A stretch of 64,000 nt of DNA from Chloroflexota bacterium (GTDB lineage Bacteria; Desulfobacterota; Binatia; UBA9968). The position numbers and the translations under genes were made by a program. Location: assembly GCA_050257635.1 (NCBI GenBank), contig JBLMXG010000344.1:9190-73189 (forward strand). Reading direction: 5' to 3'. The notes beneath the pieces were generated by a model. It was not told where the DNA came from. It ran no database searches and was given only the letters and a program-made list of their open reading frames with translations. Shown here piece by piece: positions 7,962-18,423 of this stretch. The stretch's first letter is position 1. Each line of letters opens with the position of its first letter.

Positions 7962-9305
7962 TTAGAGCAAGGTGCCTTGCAGGACCACCGCGGCTATGGT
8001 GAAATAAATCACTAAACCGGTCACGTCGACCAGTGTGGCGACGAACGGCGCCGATGCGCTGGCGGGGTCGAAGCCCAAACCGCGCAGGATAAACGGCAGA
8101 ATCGATCCTACTACCGAGCCCCACAGGACCACACCGATAAGACTAAACGCCACCGTTAAGGCGACCAGGAAATAATGGTCGCCGTAGGCGTTGAACAATC
8201 CCTGCCAGGCGAGAATGCGGATGAGACCAATGCTCGCCAGGATTGTTCCCAGGCCCAGGCCGGTGATCACTTCGCGGCGAATGACCCGCCACCAATCGCG
8301 CAGCCGCACTTCGCCCAGAGCCATGGCGCGAATGACCAGCGTGGTCGCCTGCGAGCCGGAATTGCCGCCGCTGCTGATGATCAGCGGCACGAACAAAGCG
8401 AGCACTACGGCGCGGGCGATTTCAGTCTCGAATTGCCCCATGGCCGTGGCGGTCAGCATTTCGCCCAAAAATAACGCGGCCAACCAACCGGCGCGCTTGC
8501 GGATCATGCGCAGCAACGGAACCTGCAGATAAGGCCCTTCCAGAGTTTCCACGCCGCCAAGTTTTTGAATATCTTCGGTAGCCTCCTCCTGAACGACGTT
8601 GACGATATCGTCGACACTGACAACGCCCTTGATCCGTCCCTCGGCATCGACGACCGGCATCATCAGCAGATGATGGCGCATGAACAATTTACTGAGCGCT
8701 TCTTGGTCAAGATCTTCCGGAGCGGAAATCACTTCCGTGCGCATAACGTCGCGTACCAGCTTATCGCCGGGAGACACCAGCAGATCGCGAAAAGAGACCA
8801 CACCGAGCAGATGCTCCTCGCTATCAATAACAAAGACATAGTAAATCGTCCGCTCGCGCGTACGTGCGTCCTTGCGCAGATAGCTCACTGCTTCGTCGAC
8901 AGTCATATCGGCGCGCAGGCGCGAATAGCGCGTGTTCATCAAGCCGCCTGCTTGGTCCTCCGCGTAGTGGAGAAGACCTTTAACTTCACGGCCGGTCTGA
9001 TCGTCAAACAACGTAAGCAGGCTTTCGCGATCGTCGACGGGTGCCTCCTGAATCACATCGGCGGCGTCGTCGGGAGCGAGCAAGCGCATCCACAGCCGCC
9101 GCTCTCCAACTGGCAACGCTAGCAAAAGCTCGGCGCGATCGCGGGCGTTCAACTGCAGGAAAAAATCGTCGGCGTCATCACGCTTGAGGTATTCAAATCC
9201 CTCGACGCGCTCTTCCAACGAGAGCACGGGCCATGCCTCGTAAAGCTCAGAAGGTGAAAAATTTCGCTCTGCCATCGCTGTGAAATCCCGTTCGCCAATC
9301 GGCAA
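7962..9305 (-). CDS. mgtE: Magnesium transporter MgtE
   Basis: 447-aa ORF with an MgtE N-domain, a CBS pair (VMRTEVISAPEDLDQE..PVVDAEGRIKGVVSVDDI) and the 5-TM MgtE channel domain (GNSGSQATTLVIRA). Confidence 0.9.
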   Translation of the reverse strand: MPIGERDFTAMAERNFSPSELYEAWPVLSLEERVEGFEYLKRDDADDFFLQLNARDRAELLLALPVGERRLWMRLLAPDDAADVIQEAPVDDRESLLTLFDDQTGREVKGLLHYAEDQAGGLMNTRYSRLRADMTVDEAVSYLRKDARTRERTIYYVFVIDSEEHLLGVVSFRDLLVSPGDKLVRDVMRTEVISAPEDLDQEALSKLFMRHHLLMMPVVDAEGRIKGVVSVDDIVNVVQEEATEDIQKLGGVETLEGPYLQVPLLRMIRKRAGWLAALFLGEMLTATAMGQFETEIARAVVLALFVPLIISSGGNSGSQATTLVIRAMALGEVRLRDWWRVIRREVITGLGLGTILASIGLIRILAWQGLFNAYGDHYFLVALTVAFSLIGVVLWGSVVGSILPFILRGLGFDPASASAPFVATLVDVTGLVIYFTIAAVVLQGTLL

Positions 9306-9636
9306 TCTCTCATAGGTAGCACATCGCGTCGGTGGCGCAAACTGGTGCCAATTTACCGAACGGGAGCAGTGGCGAAACTGCAGAAAAGCGACTCGGAAGC
9401 GGTTTAGAACAATGGACAGCGGTTGGTTGCTCCACCGTTTGGATAAATCGCCGATGCGCTATCGAGCGGAATACCATGCACGCCGGACAAGTCGTCAAAT
9501 AAACCCATCAGGCCCACAATCCATTTCGCCGCCAAGGCTGAAACTGGCGTCCCACCCAAATTTCTTTATCAGCGGAGCATGCACCAGCCGGTTTGCTTCG
9601 GCAACGGCTGCAGGTTAAGGTCGCCTCTCACGTGTC

Positions 9637-10503
9637 ATGCTCGCCATATTCATCGGTCTCTGCGGTTCGTTCTGTTTTGCGGTTTCGATGATCTTCATCA
9701 ACCGCGGTGTGTTGTCCGTCGACTACTTCCGCGGCCTGCTCGCCAACCTTGGCGTCAATGCGCTGTTTCTTTGGATTTACGTTGGGCTATTCACCGGCCG
9801 GATCGATCTCTGGGTGCCGGCCAATTCGCTTTTCGTGCTGGTCGGCATCTTTGTTCCCGGCGTAGCGCGCTATTTCATTTTTAAAGGCATGGACCGTCTC
9901 GGCGCAGCCATATCATCCTGTTTGACTAACAGCAGCCCGCTGTTCGCGACTCTCTTCGCCGTGGCCTTTCTTCAAGAACGACCTAGTCTGACTAATCTCC
10001 TGGGCACGTTTTCCATCGTCATCGGCATTGCATGTCTCTCCTGGCGCGGTTCGAACAAAACCTGGCGCACCAAAGACCTTCTCTTTCCGCTCACTGCCGC
10101 ATTTCTGTTCGCGGCGCGCGACAATGTCGTCCGTGTCGGCGTGCTCCACATCCATTCGCCGATTCTCGGCGCAGCCATCGCCGCCACCACATCCTTCGTG
10201 GCCATGCTGATCATGTACTCGGTCTTTGAAAAGAAAAAGCCGCTCGCGGCATCGGCATCGCACGGGTTCCGACTATTCGGCGCCGCCGGTTTTATGAACT
10301 TTCTGTCTTATGCCTTTATCTTCACCGCGCTGGGCATGGAGCGAGTATCGATCATCTCGCCGCTGGTCAACGCCTCATCGCTGTTCGTTTTGCCGCTCTC
10401 GGCTGTTTTTCTGAAAGGCGTGGAACAGCTCACGGCGCAGAAAATCGGCGCCGTGCTCTTGGTGGTCCTCGGAGTATTCTTAATTTCGTGGGAAAAGCTC
10501 TAA
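9637..10503 (+). CDS. EamA/DMT-family transporter
   Basis: 288-aa ORF with about 10 predicted TM helices and two-fold internal EamA-like organisation. Confidence 0.7.
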   Translation: MLAIFIGLCGSFCFAVSMIFINRGVLSVDYFRGLLANLGVNALFLWIYVGLFTGRIDLWVPANSLFVLVGIFVPGVARYFIFKGMDRLGAAISSCLTNSSPLFATLFAVAFLQERPSLTNLLGTFSIVIGIACLSWRGSNKTWRTKDLLFPLTAAFLFAARDNVVRVGVLHIHSPILGAAIAATTSFVAMLIMYSVFEKKKPLAASASHGFRLFGAAGFMNFLSYAFIFTALGMERVSIISPLVNASSLFVLPLSAVFLKGVEQLTAQKIGAVLLVVLGVFLISWEKL

Positions 10504-10534
10504 TCGCTCGCCCACAATAAGGCGTCGATTAAAC

Positions 10535-11281
10535 TCAGTGAAATGTCGGCCCAGAGTCGTCGTCTTTGCCGCCGGGGTAAACCTGAAAGCGCTTTTTTAG
10601 TCGTGCGAGGCGCCGGCGGTCCTGGTACAGTTTCCATCGATCGCATAAATTAAAAGACTTCCACCGATCCCACGGATTGCCCCCGCGCAAATAAAGGTAA
10701 CCGAAAATCATGCCGCCGAGATGGGCCAGATGGGCGATGCCGCTTTGGCCGGACTGCATCGCAGAGTAGAGCGCGATGGCTCCAATGATCATGACGAAAT
10801 ACTTTATCTTGATGGGAAACAAAAAATAGAAGTAAACGATGCGGTTCGGATAAATCAGCCCATAGGCGAGCAAAATGCCGTAAACGCCGGCCGAGGCGCC
10901 AATGGTCGGACCGAGTTGGTTGGGCACAAAAAGGGTATTGAGAATGCCGCCGCCGATCACCGAAATGAAATAGTAACGCAGAAAAAAATTGCTGCCCCAG
11001 CGCCGCTCCAGATCGCAACCGAACATCCACACCGCGAGCATGTTGAACAAGATATGCAACAATCCGCCGTGCAAAAACTGATAGGTGAACAACTGCCAGA
11101 GATAAAACTCGTGCAGCACGAGCGGCGGGACCAAACCGAAATAAACCGTCAGGCGGTAATCGGCGCTAGCGCCGATCAATGTTTGCCCGACGAAAACCGC
11201 GGTATTGACGATGAGGAGAAACTTGACCGCAGGCGTTACGGTGCCCGGGCCGAAGATGATCTGTCGGTTTTGATATTGCAC
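10535..11281 (-). CDS. Rhomboid-family intramembrane serine protease
   Basis: 248-aa polytopic ORF with catalytic-type GASAGVYG (GxSG) and HLAHLGG motifs. Confidence 0.85.
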   Translation of the reverse strand: MQYQNRQIIFGPGTVTPAVKFLLIVNTAVFVGQTLIGASADYRLTVYFGLVPPLVLHEFYLWQLFTYQFLHGGLLHILFNMLAVWMFGCDLERRWGSNFFLRYYFISVIGGGILNTLFVPNQLGPTIGASAGVYGILLAYGLIYPNRIVYFYFLFPIKIKYFVMIIGAIALYSAMQSGQSGIAHLAHLGGMIFGYLYLRGGNPWDRWKSFNLCDRWKLYQDRRRLARLKKRFQVYPGGKDDDSGPTFH

Positions 11282-11334
11282 TGAGCTTGAGTTTAACCGT
11301 TCGACGGCGGCGATGAAAGTCGGCAGGGATGAAT

Positions 11335-12036
11335 TTATCCGCCGAGATACGCCTGGCGGACTAGATCGTTGCCGGCCAATTCAGCGGCCGTGCCTTCGAG
11401 AATCACCTTGCCGGTTTCCAAGACATAACCACGATGCGAGATCGCAAGCGCCATGGCGGCGTTCTGCTCGACCAGCAACACCGTCACGCCCTTGGCGTTG
11501 ATCGCGCGAATCGTTTCGAGAATCTGCTCGACGATCTTTGGCGCCAGCCCCATGGAGGGCTCGTCGAGGAGCAGCAACTTGGGCTTGGCCATCAGCGCCC
11601 GGCCGATGGCGAGCATTTGCTGCTCGCCGCCGGAGAGCGTGCCGGCGTATTGTTTCTGCCGCTCCTTCAAGCGCGGGAACATCTGAAAAACAAAATCCAG
11701 CTCCGGCCCGAGGGCGCTCTGATGGCGCGCGTAACCGCCGATCTTGAGATTCTCCAACACAGTAAAGCGCGGAAAAACCTTGCGCCCCTCCGGCACATGG
11801 GCAACGCCCCGGCGCACGATGTCGTGACTCTCGATCTTGTGCAGCGCTTCACTTTCGAGCTGGACCGAACCGCGCGCCGGATGCAGCAAACCGGACAGGG
11901 TCTTTAGCGTCGTGGTCTTGCCCGCGCCATTGGCGCCCAGCAGCGTCACCAATTCACCGCGCTGGACGGCGAACGAAACGCCTTTCAAGGCGTGGATCGC
12001 ACCGTAGTAGACGTGGAGGTCGTTAACTTGGAGCAT
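11335..12036 (-). CDS. livF: Branched-chain amino acid ABC transporter ATP-binding protein LivF
   Basis: 233 aa. Walker A GANGAGKTT, signature LSGGEQQMLAIGRA, Walker B LLLLDEPS. Overlaps the livG end. Confidence 0.85.
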   Translation of the reverse strand: MLQVNDLHVYYGAIHALKGVSFAVQRGELVTLLGANGAGKTTTLKTLSGLLHPARGSVQLESEALHKIESHDIVRRGVAHVPEGRKVFPRFTVLENLKIGGYARHQSALGPELDFVFQMFPRLKERQKQYAGTLSGGEQQMLAIGRALMAKPKLLLLDEPSMGLAPKIVEQILETIRAINAKGVTVLLVEQNAAMALAISHRGYVLETGKVILEGTAAELAGNDLVRQAYLGG

Positions 12037-12808
12037 GCTCCGCCCACGAACCCTGGCCGAGATACGCTTCGATCACGCGCGGATCCTGGCGCACTTGATC
12101 GGGATCACCCTCGGCAATCTTTTCGCCGTAGTCCAGCACATGTACCCGATGCGAGATGCTCATGACGACGCGCATATTGTGCTCGATCAGCAGGATCGCC
12201 TTGACATACTTTCCGATGAGCTCCTTAAAGAGCTCCATCAACGAGCGCGCCTCGGCGGTGTTCATTCCTGCCGACGGCTCGTCGAGAAGCAAAAGCTGGG
12301 GCGCAGCGGCCAACGCCCGGGCGATTTCCAGGCGGCGCTGCTCGCCGTAGGAGAGTTGCTGCGCCCACTCATCTTCCCGGCCGCTGAGTCCGGCCAGATC
12401 GATCAATTCCATCGCCCTGAGACGGGCCGCCTTCTCTTGCAGATGAAATCCCTTGGAGCTGATGAGAATCGCCGGCAAGCCGGTTTTCAGCCGCGCGTGC
12501 ATGCCCACGAGGACATTTTCCAAAACCGTCATGTGCGCGAACAGACGTATGTTTTGGAAAGTCCGACTGATGCCCGCAGCGGTGATTTTATCGGGCTTAA
12601 GACCGACGAGGGAGCGCTCGCGAAAAACGATCTCCCCTTCGTCGGGGCGGTAGAGACCCGTCAAGGTATTGAACAAGGTGGTCTTGCCGGCGCCGTTAGG
12701 ACCGATAAGCGACGCGATCATGCCCTCGTCCAAAACGAGACTTACTCCGGCGAGCGCCTGCAAGCCGCCGAAGCGCTTGGATACGCCGCGAAGTTCCAGC
12801 AGGGCCAT
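12023..12808 (-). CDS. livG: Branched-chain amino acid ABC transporter ATP-binding protein LivG
   Basis: 261 aa. GPNGAGKTT, LSYGEQRRLEIARA, LLLLDEPSAGMN. LivG-type C-terminus. Confidence 0.85.
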   Translation of the reverse strand: MALLELRGVSKRFGGLQALAGVSLVLDEGMIASLIGPNGAGKTTLFNTLTGLYRPDEGEIVFRERSLVGLKPDKITAAGISRTFQNIRLFAHMTVLENVLVGMHARLKTGLPAILISSKGFHLQEKAARLRAMELIDLAGLSGREDEWAQQLSYGEQRRLEIARALAAAPQLLLLDEPSAGMNTAEARSLMELFKELIGKYVKAILLIEHNMRVVMSISHRVHVLDYGEKIAEGDPDQVRQDPRVIEAYLGQGSWAEHAPS

Positions 12809-12809
12809 A

Positions 12810-14057
12810 TTAATTTTTGCGCCCCTGGCCCGGCGGCAAAACTCCCTGCGGGCGAAAGATCATCATTAAGATCAAAATCAAACCAAAGACCATGCGCTCA
12901 TACTTCGCCGGCTCGAACTGTACCGGCAGCTGGCTGAGCGAGTAGCTGCCGAGCCAGGGAATCGTCAGCACCGCCCCCGATTGACGCAGTCCGTTCAGCC
13001 ACAACGACAAGCCCTTGAGCAGTTGCAAATTGAGAATCGTGACGCCGGTGGCCCCGAGCACGGCGCCCGGGATCGACCCCATGCCGCCGAGAATCACCAT
13101 TGCCAGGACACCGATGGATTCCATGAAAGTAAAGCTCTCGGGATTGATGAAAACCTGCTTGGCGGCGAACAACACGCCGACGGCGCAGGCAAAAGAGGCG
13201 CCGACGGCAAAACCGAGCAGCTTCATGCGCACCACCGGCACGCCCATCGCGGCAGCGGCAACCTCGTCTTCGCGGATCGCCTTCCACGCACGGCCGATGC
13301 GGGAATGCTCCAGGCGGCGCGTGACTACGACAATCGCGCAGACGATGATCAGAATCAGAAAATAAAAATACAGCGGATAGAGTTTCGCCTCGGGAACTTG
13401 CAAGCCGAAAAATTCCAGCAGCGGCTGAAAAAACAACGGCGGCTTAGCGATCGGCGCGATGCCGCGCGGACCGTTGGTAAAATTGATCGGCTTGTCGAGA
13501 TTATTCATCAGCGCGCGTACGACTTCGGCAAAACCGAGGGTAACGATGGCGAGATAATCGCCGCGCAAGCGCATCACCGGCAAGCCCAAGAGAATTCCGG
13601 TCACGGCGCCGACGGCAACGCTCAAGAGCAAGAACGGAAAAAACCAATTGGCCGACAAGGGGAATATACCGCCGCTGATGAATGCGTTGGCTTGGGGCGA
13701 GCCGAAGATCGCCCAGAGATAAGCACCAATGGCATAGAAAGCGACGAAGCCCAAATTGAGCAGGCCAACAAAGCCGACAACGATGTTGAGTCCCAACGCG
13801 AGGGCAACATAGATGCCGATCTGGATCGCCACTTCGAGATAGTAGCCGTTTGACCAACCGAGCACCGGTAGCAGTACCAGGAGTAAGATCGCGCTGAGAA
13901 AAAATTTAACGTTACGCGGTGCCGTCACATAGTAAAGGAAGAGCAACGAGGCTTCGACCGCTAGGAAAGCAAGAACCGACTGGGGAAAGAAAAGAGCCAG
14001 CAGGCAACTGGCAACGATATAAAGACACAAAAATAGCAGGGTTAGCGCGCGGCTCAC
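12810..14057 (-). CDS. livM: Branched-chain amino acid ABC transporter permease LivM
   Basis: 415-aa polytopic ORF. LivM-type core (GQLSLGHAAF-like region LLNLGFVAFYAIGAY). Operon position between livH and livG. Confidence 0.8.
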   Translation of the reverse strand: MSRALTLLFLCLYIVASCLLALFFPQSVLAFLAVEASLLFLYYVTAPRNVKFFLSAILLLVLLPVLGWSNGYYLEVAIQIGIYVALALGLNIVVGFVGLLNLGFVAFYAIGAYLWAIFGSPQANAFISGGIFPLSANWFFPFLLLSVAVGAVTGILLGLPVMRLRGDYLAIVTLGFAEVVRALMNNLDKPINFTNGPRGIAPIAKPPLFFQPLLEFFGLQVPEAKLYPLYFYFLILIIVCAIVVVTRRLEHSRIGRAWKAIREDEVAAAAMGVPVVRMKLLGFAVGASFACAVGVLFAAKQVFINPESFTFMESIGVLAMVILGGMGSIPGAVLGATGVTILNLQLLKGLSLWLNGLRQSGAVLTIPWLGSYSLSQLPVQFEPAKYERMVFGLILILMMIFRPQGVLPPGQGRKN

Positions 14058-15022
14058 GCTTTGCTCTCCCGGACGGTCTCGCCGAGCAGCCCCTGGGGCC
14101 GAAAGATCAGGATGAGAATTAAAACCAGGAATGCGACAACGTCTTTGTATTCGGCGCCGAAAGCGCCGTTGGTCAGCAACGAGAGGTAAGACGCGGCGAA
14201 CGCCTCCAACAGACCGAGCATCATGCCCCCGACCACAGCGCCCGGAATGTTGCCGATGCCGCCGAGCACAGCAGCGGTGAAGGCCTTCATGCCGGGAATG
14301 AAACCGGTGTAGGGATTGACCAGACTGTAATGGATGCCGAAAAGCACGCCGGCCAAGCCGCCCAAGGCGCCGCCGACAAAAAACGTCAACGCGACGACCC
14401 GATTCACCGCCACGCCCATCAACGAAGCCGTCTCCGGATCTTGCGCCACCGCACGGATCGCCATGCCCATCTTGGTTCGATTGACGAAATACGACAGCCC
14501 CGTCAGCGTCAACAGCGCCGTGACGATCACCAACAGCGATTTCACCGGAATCACCAGGTTTGCGGTGAGCGGCAGGTTTCGCTCGAGAAAATCCAGGCTG
14601 GGGTAATTAAGATAAAATGTGTTGCGCCACAGACTTTCAAACAGGCGCAGAGCGTCTTGCAAAAAAAATGACGCGCCGATCGCCGAAATCAACGCTACCA
14701 GGCGCGGGCCGCCGAGAAGCGGTCGGTAGGCCACCCGTTCAAGCGCCATCGCCGCGACGCCGCTAATCGCCATCGCGGCGACGATGACGAGGAACAAGAT
14801 AACCGCGGGATGAAGCGTGCCGAGATAGCCTGCGCTCTGCAGCAACAACATCATTTCGACGCCGACGAAGGCGCCGATAACAAAGATCTCGCTATGGGCG
14901 AAGTTGATGAACTCCAAGACACCGTAGACCATGGTGTAACCCAAGGCAATCAGCGCGTACATAAAGCCCAAGACAATGCCATCCAGAATGACCTGAGGCA
15001 GGATTTCCAGTGCGAGTTCCAA
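14054..15022 (-). CDS. livH: Branched-chain amino acid ABC transporter permease LivH
   Basis: 322-aa polytopic ORF. LivH-like N-terminus (ILPQVILDGIVLGFMYALIALGYTMVYG). 4-nt overlap with livM. Confidence 0.8.
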   Translation of the reverse strand: MELALEILPQVILDGIVLGFMYALIALGYTMVYGVLEFINFAHSEIFVIGAFVGVEMMLLLQSAGYLGTLHPAVILFLVIVAAMAISGVAAMALERVAYRPLLGGPRLVALISAIGASFFLQDALRLFESLWRNTFYLNYPSLDFLERNLPLTANLVIPVKSLLVIVTALLTLTGLSYFVNRTKMGMAIRAVAQDPETASLMGVAVNRVVALTFFVGGALGGLAGVLFGIHYSLVNPYTGFIPGMKAFTAAVLGGIGNIPGAVVGGMMLGLLEAFAASYLSLLTNGAFGAEYKDVVAFLVLILILIFRPQGLLGETVRESKA

Positions 15023-15233
15023 AGCGGTGCTGACCCTTCAAAGGCCGTTATGCTAACAAATAGTCGTCGCCGTCGCTACTATTTCCCCGGGGCGATTGAA
15101 AATCGCCGCCTGATTGCACGTCCGAGAAGCCTGCTCTGATAATGCGCGCCGCACGATTGCCTAGGCGGGGGATCGTTCGATAGTCTCGAATTAGAGACAC
15201 GTTGGAACGACTGAAAAGTCTGGTTGGAATTCT

Positions 15234-15261
15234 TTGGAAACAAGCACCGATCGCGTATAAT
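15234..15261 (+). promoter_or_regulatory. Sigma70-type promoter (TTGGAA-16 nt-TATAAT) for the AsmA-like gene
   Basis: TTGGAA at 15234-15239 and TATAAT at 15256-15261, 22 nt before ATG 15284. Confidence 0.5.
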
Positions 15262-15283
15262 GGCTTGAGCCAAGAGTCAGAAG

Positions 15284-16858
15284 ATGCCCGACGCAGTTTC
15301 ATCGCCGACTATAGACTTACCCTCATGGAGCTATCGGATCAAACGAGCGGCGTGGATCGCGCTCGGCGTCATCGCCTTGCTGATCGCGGTCATCCTTGTC
15401 GTGCCCCATTTCATCGACCTAGGATTGTTCAAGCGCACGTATCTGCCGCGCATCGAGGAGGCGCTCAACCGCCGCGTCGATGTTAACGAAGTCCGTCTGG
15501 GCCTCCTTCCGACGCCGTCGATCCGCATGTCGAATTTGCGAGTTTTCGATAGCCCGGCGTTTGCGAACAACACCTTCTTTTTTGCGCAACAGGTCCAGTT
15601 GCGCCTCAGGCTTTGGCCGCTCTTGCACGGCCGCTTTGAAGTTTCCGAGCTGGTGCTCGACAAGCCGATCTTCAATTTATTGAAGCAGCCCGACGGTACT
15701 TTCAATTATTCCGATATCGCCGGAAAAAAAACGGCGCCGGCGGCGCGGCGCGATGCACGGCGACGAGCCGATGCGCCGCGTGCGGCCGAAGCCGTCGCGC
15801 CGCCGCTACTGATCCCAGGCAAGCTGAGGGTCCGTGGCGGCGCGCTCAACGTCATCACCAAGGGACGAGCACCGGTCCGTATCAAGGGCATCGATCTGTC
15901 CTTGCGCGAGTTTTCCAGCAATGCGCCGTTTCCGTTTCACGCTTCGTTCAGCTACCCCGGCCTCAAAACCGTTTCGCTGAAAGGCGATCTGAATTACCAG
16001 GAAGACAAAGCGCTCCTCCAGCTTAAGAACAATCGGCTGACAATTCAGGACCTGACCTTGCCGGTGCAGGGCGACGTGAGCAATTTATCGGGAACCCCGC
16101 GGATCAACCTCAACCTCGACACGGATCATGTCGATGCCAAACCGGTCTTTCAGATTCTGTCGGTCTTCGGTCTGGCGCCGAAAGACACCGAGATTTCCGG
16201 TCCCATGGGCTTGTCCATGAACGTCGCCGGTCCATCGACCAGCCTGGTGACCGAGGTGCGCGGCCGATTTAAGGATGTAAAAGTTCATGGTAAGCGCGCG
16301 TTAAAAGGTACTCTAAACGGTGAAGTTTTGATCAAGCTGCCGTTGGGCGGCGGCCCGGTAAGTCGGCGCTTGCAGGGCAACGGCAAACTCATCGCGCGCG
16401 ACGGCGAACTCACCAACGTCGATCTGATCAAAAAAATCGAGCGGGTCACGGGCATGATCGGCCTGTCCAAGGACGAGCGGCGCCAAGCCACCACGTTTCA
16501 AACGCTGGAGGCGGATTTTATCATCGGCGGCGGCTATGCCGAGTTCACCCGATTTTATCTAGTCAACCCGCAGATGGAGGTCACCGGCAACGGCACCATG
16601 ACCCTCGAACAGCCGACCCTGGACATGGCGGTCAGCACGGCGCTGGCGCCGCAAGCCTCCGCGCGCGCGGGGCGCGGCCGGGTGACCAATTTTTTCAAGA
16701 ACAAGCAGGGACGGATCGTCGTGCCCCTGAAGGTCACCGGGCCGGTGGAAAATCCGTCGGTCAATTTGAATACCGGAAAGCTCGCCGAGTCGGGTTTGCC
16801 GCAGAACGTCGAGCAAGGATTTAGCTCATTCTTCAAGCGCCTATTCCGCAGCCGTTGA
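15284..16858 (+). CDS. AsmA-family protein
   Basis: 524 aa. N-terminal TM anchor (AAWIALGVIALLIAVILVV), long beta-rich body, and an AsmA-like C-terminal region (FQTLEADFIIGGGYAEFTRFYLVNPQMEVTGNGTM). Confidence 0.65.
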   Translation: MPDAVSSPTIDLPSWSYRIKRAAWIALGVIALLIAVILVVPHFIDLGLFKRTYLPRIEEALNRRVDVNEVRLGLLPTPSIRMSNLRVFDSPAFANNTFFFAQQVQLRLRLWPLLHGRFEVSELVLDKPIFNLLKQPDGTFNYSDIAGKKTAPAARRDARRRADAPRAAEAVAPPLLIPGKLRVRGGALNVITKGRAPVRIKGIDLSLREFSSNAPFPFHASFSYPGLKTVSLKGDLNYQEDKALLQLKNNRLTIQDLTLPVQGDVSNLSGTPRINLNLDTDHVDAKPVFQILSVFGLAPKDTEISGPMGLSMNVAGPSTSLVTEVRGRFKDVKVHGKRALKGTLNGEVLIKLPLGGGPVSRRLQGNGKLIARDGELTNVDLIKKIERVTGMIGLSKDERRQATTFQTLEADFIIGGGYAEFTRFYLVNPQMEVTGNGTMTLEQPTLDMAVSTALAPQASARAGRGRVTNFFKNKQGRIVVPLKVTGPVENPSVNLNTGKLAESGLPQNVEQGFSSFFKRLFRSR

Positions 16859-16876
16859 AAAGAATTCCCGGCATGA

Positions 16877-18205
16877 TTAACCGCGCCGTTCTGGCGGCGG
16901 GCTCAGACTCGATATCAACCCTTGCAGAGTCTTTTCTTCCAGCGCCCGGACCGCGCACCGATCCACGTCGGCCAGCAAGTCGTCGATGGCCCTTTCATCC
17001 TTGCTGCGTGCGCCGTCGACGCGCATGCCTTTGCCGCCATTTCTCACGCAATCTAGAATATCTTTGATGCCGATGGTCTCCGGGTCGCGACCCAGGACAT
17101 AGGTGTCTTCATCGGCCAAAGGCAGCACGAGTGTGCTCTGCGCGAACATGACCATGAATTCCTGCACGATGCCGGCGGGAAGACCCAGATGAACGCCGAG
17201 TTCGGCAACGTTCATGGGATCGCGCCCCTGGTAAAAATTACGCCCGATCACCAGCATCATGTGCAGCGCCAGCCTCTCACGCCCGGCCGGACTTTGTGCC
17301 AAGAGTTCCCGGTCGCCGAGAAAATAATGGATATGCTGGTGCGCGTAGCTCACCTGCGCGCCCAATAAAACGATCACCCAGCCGACGTAGAGCCAAAGGA
17401 GAAAAAGCAAAAGAATTGCAAAGCTCGAGTAGATGACGTAATAGCGCGTTGACGAAGCCACGAACACGGCAAAGCCCCAACCGACCGTTTGCCAAAGAAT
17501 CGCCGCCACCAAGCCACCCACCAACGCCGAGCGTAGGCGGACGCGCGTGTTCGGTATAAAGAGGTAAACGAAGGTGAAGGCGGCCCACAGCGTCGCATAG
17601 GGAACCAGACGAAGGAGAACGAGAAGTACGGCGCCGAGCGCCTGAAGCGAGAGCAGCGCTTGAACAATAGCGTTGTTTTGCAAAGTCGCGGTGATCGTCA
17701 CCGCGGCAAATACCAATATCGGACCGACGAGTATAGCGCTCAAGTAATCGCTGAAGCGCCGCGCCAGCTTGCGCGACGCTTTGACGCGCCAGATATGATT
17801 GAACGCTTCTTCGATGGAGCTCATCAGCGACAAAACCGTAATGAATAAAGTCACCAAACCGACGCTGCCCAACGCCCCCGCGCTCATCTTGTTGACGAAA
17901 CCGATCAGGTGAGCGGTGATTTCCTGGCCCTTTTCACCGAGAGGAGACAGCGCTTCGAGCAGCGCCGGCTCCATGCGATTGTGAACACCGAAGGCCTTAA
18001 GCAGGGAAAACACCACCGCCAACAACGGCGCCAGTGACAGGAGCGTCTTGAACGCCAGCGCCATCGCCTGGAGCTTCACCAAGTTTTGGATGAAATCATG
18101 GGCGACGATGACAATGATTTTGAGCGCCGAACGAATAATTCTTTTGCCGCGGCTCACTTCGGCTGGCTCAGTCGTAAGCCATTGATCGAAGATTTTCCGC
18201 TTCAT
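16877..18205 (-). CDS. YihY/BrkB-family membrane protein with about 130-aa cytoplasmic C-terminal extension
   Basis: Six-TM YihY-type core (..LSLAPLLAVVFSLL..YSSFAILLLFLLWLYVGWVIVLLGA). I prefer the start at MKRKIF (18205); the track ORF extends to 18382. Confidence 0.75.
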   Translation of the reverse strand: MKRKIFDQWLTTEPAEVSRGKRIIRSALKIIVIVAHDFIQNLVKLQAMALAFKTLLSLAPLLAVVFSLLKAFGVHNRMEPALLEALSPLGEKGQEITAHLIGFVNKMSAGALGSVGLVTLFITVLSLMSSIEEAFNHIWRVKASRKLARRFSDYLSAILVGPILVFAAVTITATLQNNAIVQALLSLQALGAVLLVLLRLVPYATLWAAFTFVYLFIPNTRVRLRSALVGGLVAAILWQTVGWGFAVFVASSTRYYVIYSSFAILLLFLLWLYVGWVIVLLGAQVSYAHQHIHYFLGDRELLAQSPAGRERLALHMMLVIGRNFYQGRDPMNVAELGVHLGLPAGIVQEFMVMFAQSTLVLPLADEDTYVLGRDPETIGIKDILDCVRNGGKGMRVDGARSKDERAIDDLLADVDRCAVRALEEKTLQGLISSLSPPPERRG

Positions 18206-18423
18206 AGTCTCGATCGAGCGATGACGCTCTTGAGTGGATGGGCTCATGGCATTCTGGGCGCGGCGTGAAAGCAATGATCGGCCCCGCAGTGTAGCAGCTT
18301 TGACAGCGCCGACAAAGTCGTGCTGCCGCGCCGGCCGTAATTCTGCGTCCAACCCGGTGACAAACTCCAACGTCGACCACAATTCTGCGCAGCCGTTCCG
18401 CGAGTCCCCTCTAGAGCAATCTC

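Noticed and set aside
9306-9636. Mg2+ (M-box/ykoK) riboswitch upstream of mgtE.
   Set aside because: I could not find the conserved M-box core sequences or its three-helix arrangement in the 330-nt leader. It cannot be excluded without a covariance-model scan (RF00380).
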